Below are positions 61,487 through 64,000 of a stretch of 64,000 nt of DNA, piece by piece (the first letter of the stretch is position 1; each line of letters starts with the position of its first letter). Source of the DNA: Candidatus Multivoradales bacterium (lineage in GTDB: Bacteria > Acidobacteriota > Thermoanaerobaculia > Multivoradales > J023); contig CBDFLE010000005.1 of the NCBI GenBank assembly GCA_965248925.1, forward strand, positions 1,824,001-1,888,000, given 5' to 3'. The translations under genes and the position numbers were made by a program. The notes under the pieces are model-generated. The model worked only from the letters and a program-made list of their open reading frames with translations, made no database searches and was not told the DNA's origin.

Positions 61487-62634
61487 AGCAAACCCCCCAG
61501 CAACCCCAGCAGGCCACCCGAGTCGGGCGGCGCCGGGCGCTCGACGGTCAACAAGGTGGTGAAGCCACTTGCCTTGGTGTAGCGATGGCGGACCCGGCGG
61601 ACGGTGAAGCTGCCATCGAGAGCAGCCTCAGGAGTGCCCTCGACGGTGATCGCCGCCGCGGGGAATACGGCCGCGGCGCCGGGCACCCGCAGCACCGCCC
61701 GCCAGCCGGCCGCTCCTTGGCGCCCTTGGTGAGCCGCAGCGGCGGTGCGTACCGCGTCGGCACTGCGCAGGGACGCATCCGACATCACACGAGCAGCGCC
61801 GGCGGCAGCGGCGGTTAGCGGCGCCGGATCTTTCACCAACCAGGCCCAAGCATCGCCTCCTGAGCTACCCGCGGCACCCTCTCCGACCCAAGTCAACGGC
61901 GCTGCCGAGGTCGCCTCGATGGCATCGATGGCCAGCAAGTCCTGACCGTAGGTGAAAGTGCGGACAGGCTCGCCGCCTCCCGGCACCGCCATCGTCAACT
62001 CACCCCCAGCGCTGATCCAGGCAGCTAACCCGCTACGCGCCGCCAGTTCGGCGATCTGCGACCAAGCGCTGCGCCGATCGTCGACGACAATGAACGGCAG
62101 CTCGACGCCATCGTCGATCTGGCCCGTGGCAACCCCCGCTTCGGCAGCTAGGTCCTGCACCACGTCGCCGGCCCGCTGATCCTCGAAGCTGCGGTTCAAG
62201 CGCAGCGCCGCAAGGTCGGCGGCGGCGTTGACCGCGACCGCTTGCATCGCCCCATCGAGGCCGCGATGCAAGCTCTCCAGGCGACCCCTGAAAACCACTT
62301 CCAGGCCGCTGTCGTCGTAGCCGAGTTCCACCGTGCCGGCATCGGCAAGGGCCGGCCGCGGCAAGTCTGCGGCCTTCCCAGCCAAGGCTGCCACCGCCGA
62401 GGCCGCGCCACCGACAGCGCCGAGCAAAGCGGGGGCGCCTGCCCCAGGCCGCGGTGCGCCACCGCGCAGGGTGGTGCGCAGCTCGTCGACCGTCGGCGCC
62501 AAGCCGAGGTCGGCGTCGATGCTCAGCACCGCGCCAGCCCAAGCCTCGGCGGTGGCGTCGCCAAAGCGCAGGGCGAAGGCCGGCCGCCGCACTGCGGGGG
62601 CTTGATCGGGGCTAGGAAACAGACTCGGCAACAC
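61483..62634 (-). CDS. baseplate hub (phage late control D/gp27, VgrG N-terminal-like)
   Basis: VELGY, VFRG, RSFEDQ..GDVV.DLA, FTYGQDLL, VRRVRHRY....GFTT. Confidence 0.8.
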   Translation of the reverse strand: MLPSLFPSPDQAPAVRRPAFALRFGDATAEAWAGAVLSIDADLGLAPTVDELRTTLRGGAPRPGAGAPALLGAVGGAASAVAALAGKAADLPRPALADAGTVELGYDDSGLEVVFRGRLESLHRGLDGAMQAVAVNAAADLAALRLNRSFEDQRAGDVVQDLAAEAGVATGQIDDGVELPFIVVDDRRSAWSQIAELAARSGLAAWISAGGELTMAVPGGGEPVRTFTYGQDLLAIDAIEATSAAPLTWVGEGAAGSSGGDAWAWLVKDPAPLTAAAAGAARVMSDASLRSADAVRTAAAAHQGRQGAAGWRAVLRVPGAAAVFPAAAITVEGTPEAALDGSFTVRRVRHRYTKASGFTTLLTVERPAPPDSGGLLGLLGGLL

Positions 62635-62646
62635 GGCTCAGGCTCC

Positions 62647-63741
62647 TCAGTAAGATTCGAAGGGTTTGCTGCAATCGCGCTGAAACACCACCGGACGTTG
62701 ATCAATTCCCTCTTGCAAGGTCAGCGCTTGGCGGGTCGGGGGCTTTTGGATATTGCCGGCGCAATTGACGAAGGCCAACATCGAAGCGCGGTGCAAGTCG
62801 AAAGTGGGTTGGATCTCCCTCTGCGGCAACTGAAAGGCTCGGGGATCATTGAAGGCTGGTTCGAGTTCAACGGTGATCGCCACCGCCTGAGGGATCTGCT
62901 CGACCACATAATCCATCATCGAGCCCGGAATCCGGCCTTCTTGGGCGGTCAGAGGAGGCCGGCCGCGCCGACGAAAGAGTTCCGGATAAAAGCCCTTGGC
63001 TTCAAAGCGCTCGTAGTCGTTGCCTTTGCTGTCGATGACGCGCTCCAACATTTGGGCCATGGCCTGTTGAAACCGCGGCGGCCGGCCCAACTTGCCGGCC
63101 CAAGGATGCAATACGAAACGCCCGAAGGCGTGATAGTCGAGGCTGTTGCGAAATCTCTGCGCTCGCACCAGCTGCTGGACGTTGCGGACTTCTTTGGCAT
63201 AGGCCGCGCTCGGACCCTTGTAGTCGTCATCCCCGGCAGCCGTGCTGAACCGGCCCACCGTGATGTTCCACTGGCTGGTGGCGTAGTTGCGGTTCGGGTC
63301 CACCGCCTCGCGGCTGCCGCTCGGCCGAGTCTTGCGCCAACCGCGGTTGTTCAACACGGTGTGCTCGTGGCCGTCGGGATTGAGCATCGGCACGATCCAG
63401 ATGTCACGGTGATCGACCAGCCGTTTGATTTTCGAGTCACTGGCGTAGTTATCGAGCAGGTATTTGCCAAACAGATAGGGGACCTCCACTGAAATCCACT
63501 CGCGGGCATGGTGACAACCGGCGATCAAAACCTTGCGCGCCGAGCGGTTGCCCAACCTGAGGAGATGAATGTCCTTGCCGCGCTCGCTCTGGCCAATCTT
63601 GGTCCGGCTGGTGTCCACCAAGCCGGTCGGCGCGGCAGCCCGCAAAGCAGCCAGGTCGTCCTTCAAGCTAGCGAAGGTTTGGCGGCGGCGAATAGCGGTC
63701 ATCACTCGGCCGGCGGTGTCGTTCCTGTGAAAATGCGGCAT
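62647..63741 (-). CDS. M14 zinc carboxypeptidase without signal peptide
   Basis: HHAREW, NPDG, RKTR, DPNRNY, LDYH, TVEL; GGAG RBS. Confidence 0.9.
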   Translation of the reverse strand: MPHFHRNDTAGRVMTAIRRRQTFASLKDDLAALRAAAPTGLVDTSRTKIGQSERGKDIHLLRLGNRSARKVLIAGCHHAREWISVEVPYLFGKYLLDNYASDSKIKRLVDHRDIWIVPMLNPDGHEHTVLNNRGWRKTRPSGSREAVDPNRNYATSQWNITVGRFSTAAGDDDYKGPSAAYAKEVRNVQQLVRAQRFRNSLDYHAFGRFVLHPWAGKLGRPPRFQQAMAQMLERVIDSKGNDYERFEAKGFYPELFRRRGRPPLTAQEGRIPGSMMDYVVEQIPQAVAITVELEPAFNDPRAFQLPQREIQPTFDLHRASMLAFVNCAGNIQKPPTRQALTLQEGIDQRPVVFQRDCSKPFESY

Positions 63742-63756
63742 AGAGACTCCAGCGGT

Positions 63757-63999
63757 TCAAGCAATGCCGAATTTGGCTTTGTCCGAGGTGGAGAGGAGGG
63801 CGAAAGCACGGTCTTGATCGCCGTCGACCGTCGCCACGGCTTGCTCGGCACTGAGGTCGAAAACCGCTGAGCAGTAGTCGTTATAAGACTCGTAGAGCTG
63901 CGCTACGGCAACGTCTAGAGCCCGCAAGGCGGCAATCTCGGCGGCGGTGGCCGGGATCACCAGACCTCGGGCGGTGGTGAACAAGACATCGACTTGAAA
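63757..63999 (-). CDS. hypothetical protein, 5'-partial
   Basis: Frame open to the right window edge; stop 15 nt upstream of the M14 gene. Confidence 0.6.
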   Translation of the reverse strand, partial: FQVDVLFTTARGLVIPATAAEIAALRALDVAVAQLYESYNDYCSAVFDLSAEQAVATVDGDQDRAFALLSTSDKAKFGIA

Positions 64000-64000
64000 G

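Larger units (their letters stand above)
51214..64000 (-). other. extracellular contractile injection system (eCIS)-like operon, partial
   Basis: Tightly packed hub, spike, PAAR, gp25, baseplate J and tail-I-like genes; no capsid or T6SS membrane genes in the window. Confidence 0.8.

Noticed and set aside
62242-63492. 416-aa plus-strand ORF
   Set aside because: Antisense shadow of the M14 and hub genes
51214-64000. Prophage or T6SS interpretation of the tail genes
   Set aside because: No capsid, terminase, integrase, lysis or TssJLM/TssK/ClpV genes in the window; not fully excluded because the locus is cut by the window edge

Overview
GC-rich bacterial window. The gene repertoire (TPR-CHAT proteases, kinase-linked ECF sigma factors, exported proteins ending in xFxDGFESG) suggests an Acidobacteria/Thermoanaerobaculia-like genome, which is an inference. 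It has four parts. (1) 1-9 kb: small accessory genes, including a stray AT-rich integron-type cassette, an OXA-like lipoprotein, a GlxA/AraC regulator with a DJ-1/serine-hydrolase fusion, a duplicated AraC-type promoter and a HigA-nucleotidyltransferase pair. (2) 9-20 kb: an operon of exported hydrolases with unusual two- and three-enzyme fusions. (3) 20-51 kb: a signalling and surface-protein island with two exported TPR-CHAT proteases (one frameshifted), three Ser/Thr kinase-TM-TPR receptors, two ECF43-like sigma factors each divergent from a gene with a shared promoter motif, beta-propeller surface proteins and a homologue of Dictyostelium conditioned medium factor. (4) 51-64 kb: the distal half of a phage-tail-like extracellular contractile injection system (hub, spike, PAAR, gp25, baseplate J, a propeller-bearing baseplate protein and two unknown proteins) with an embedded M14 carboxypeptidase. 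This locus continues beyond the right edge. No rRNA, tRNA or CRISPR array was seen. All protein calls come from reading motifs by eye; no database search was run.
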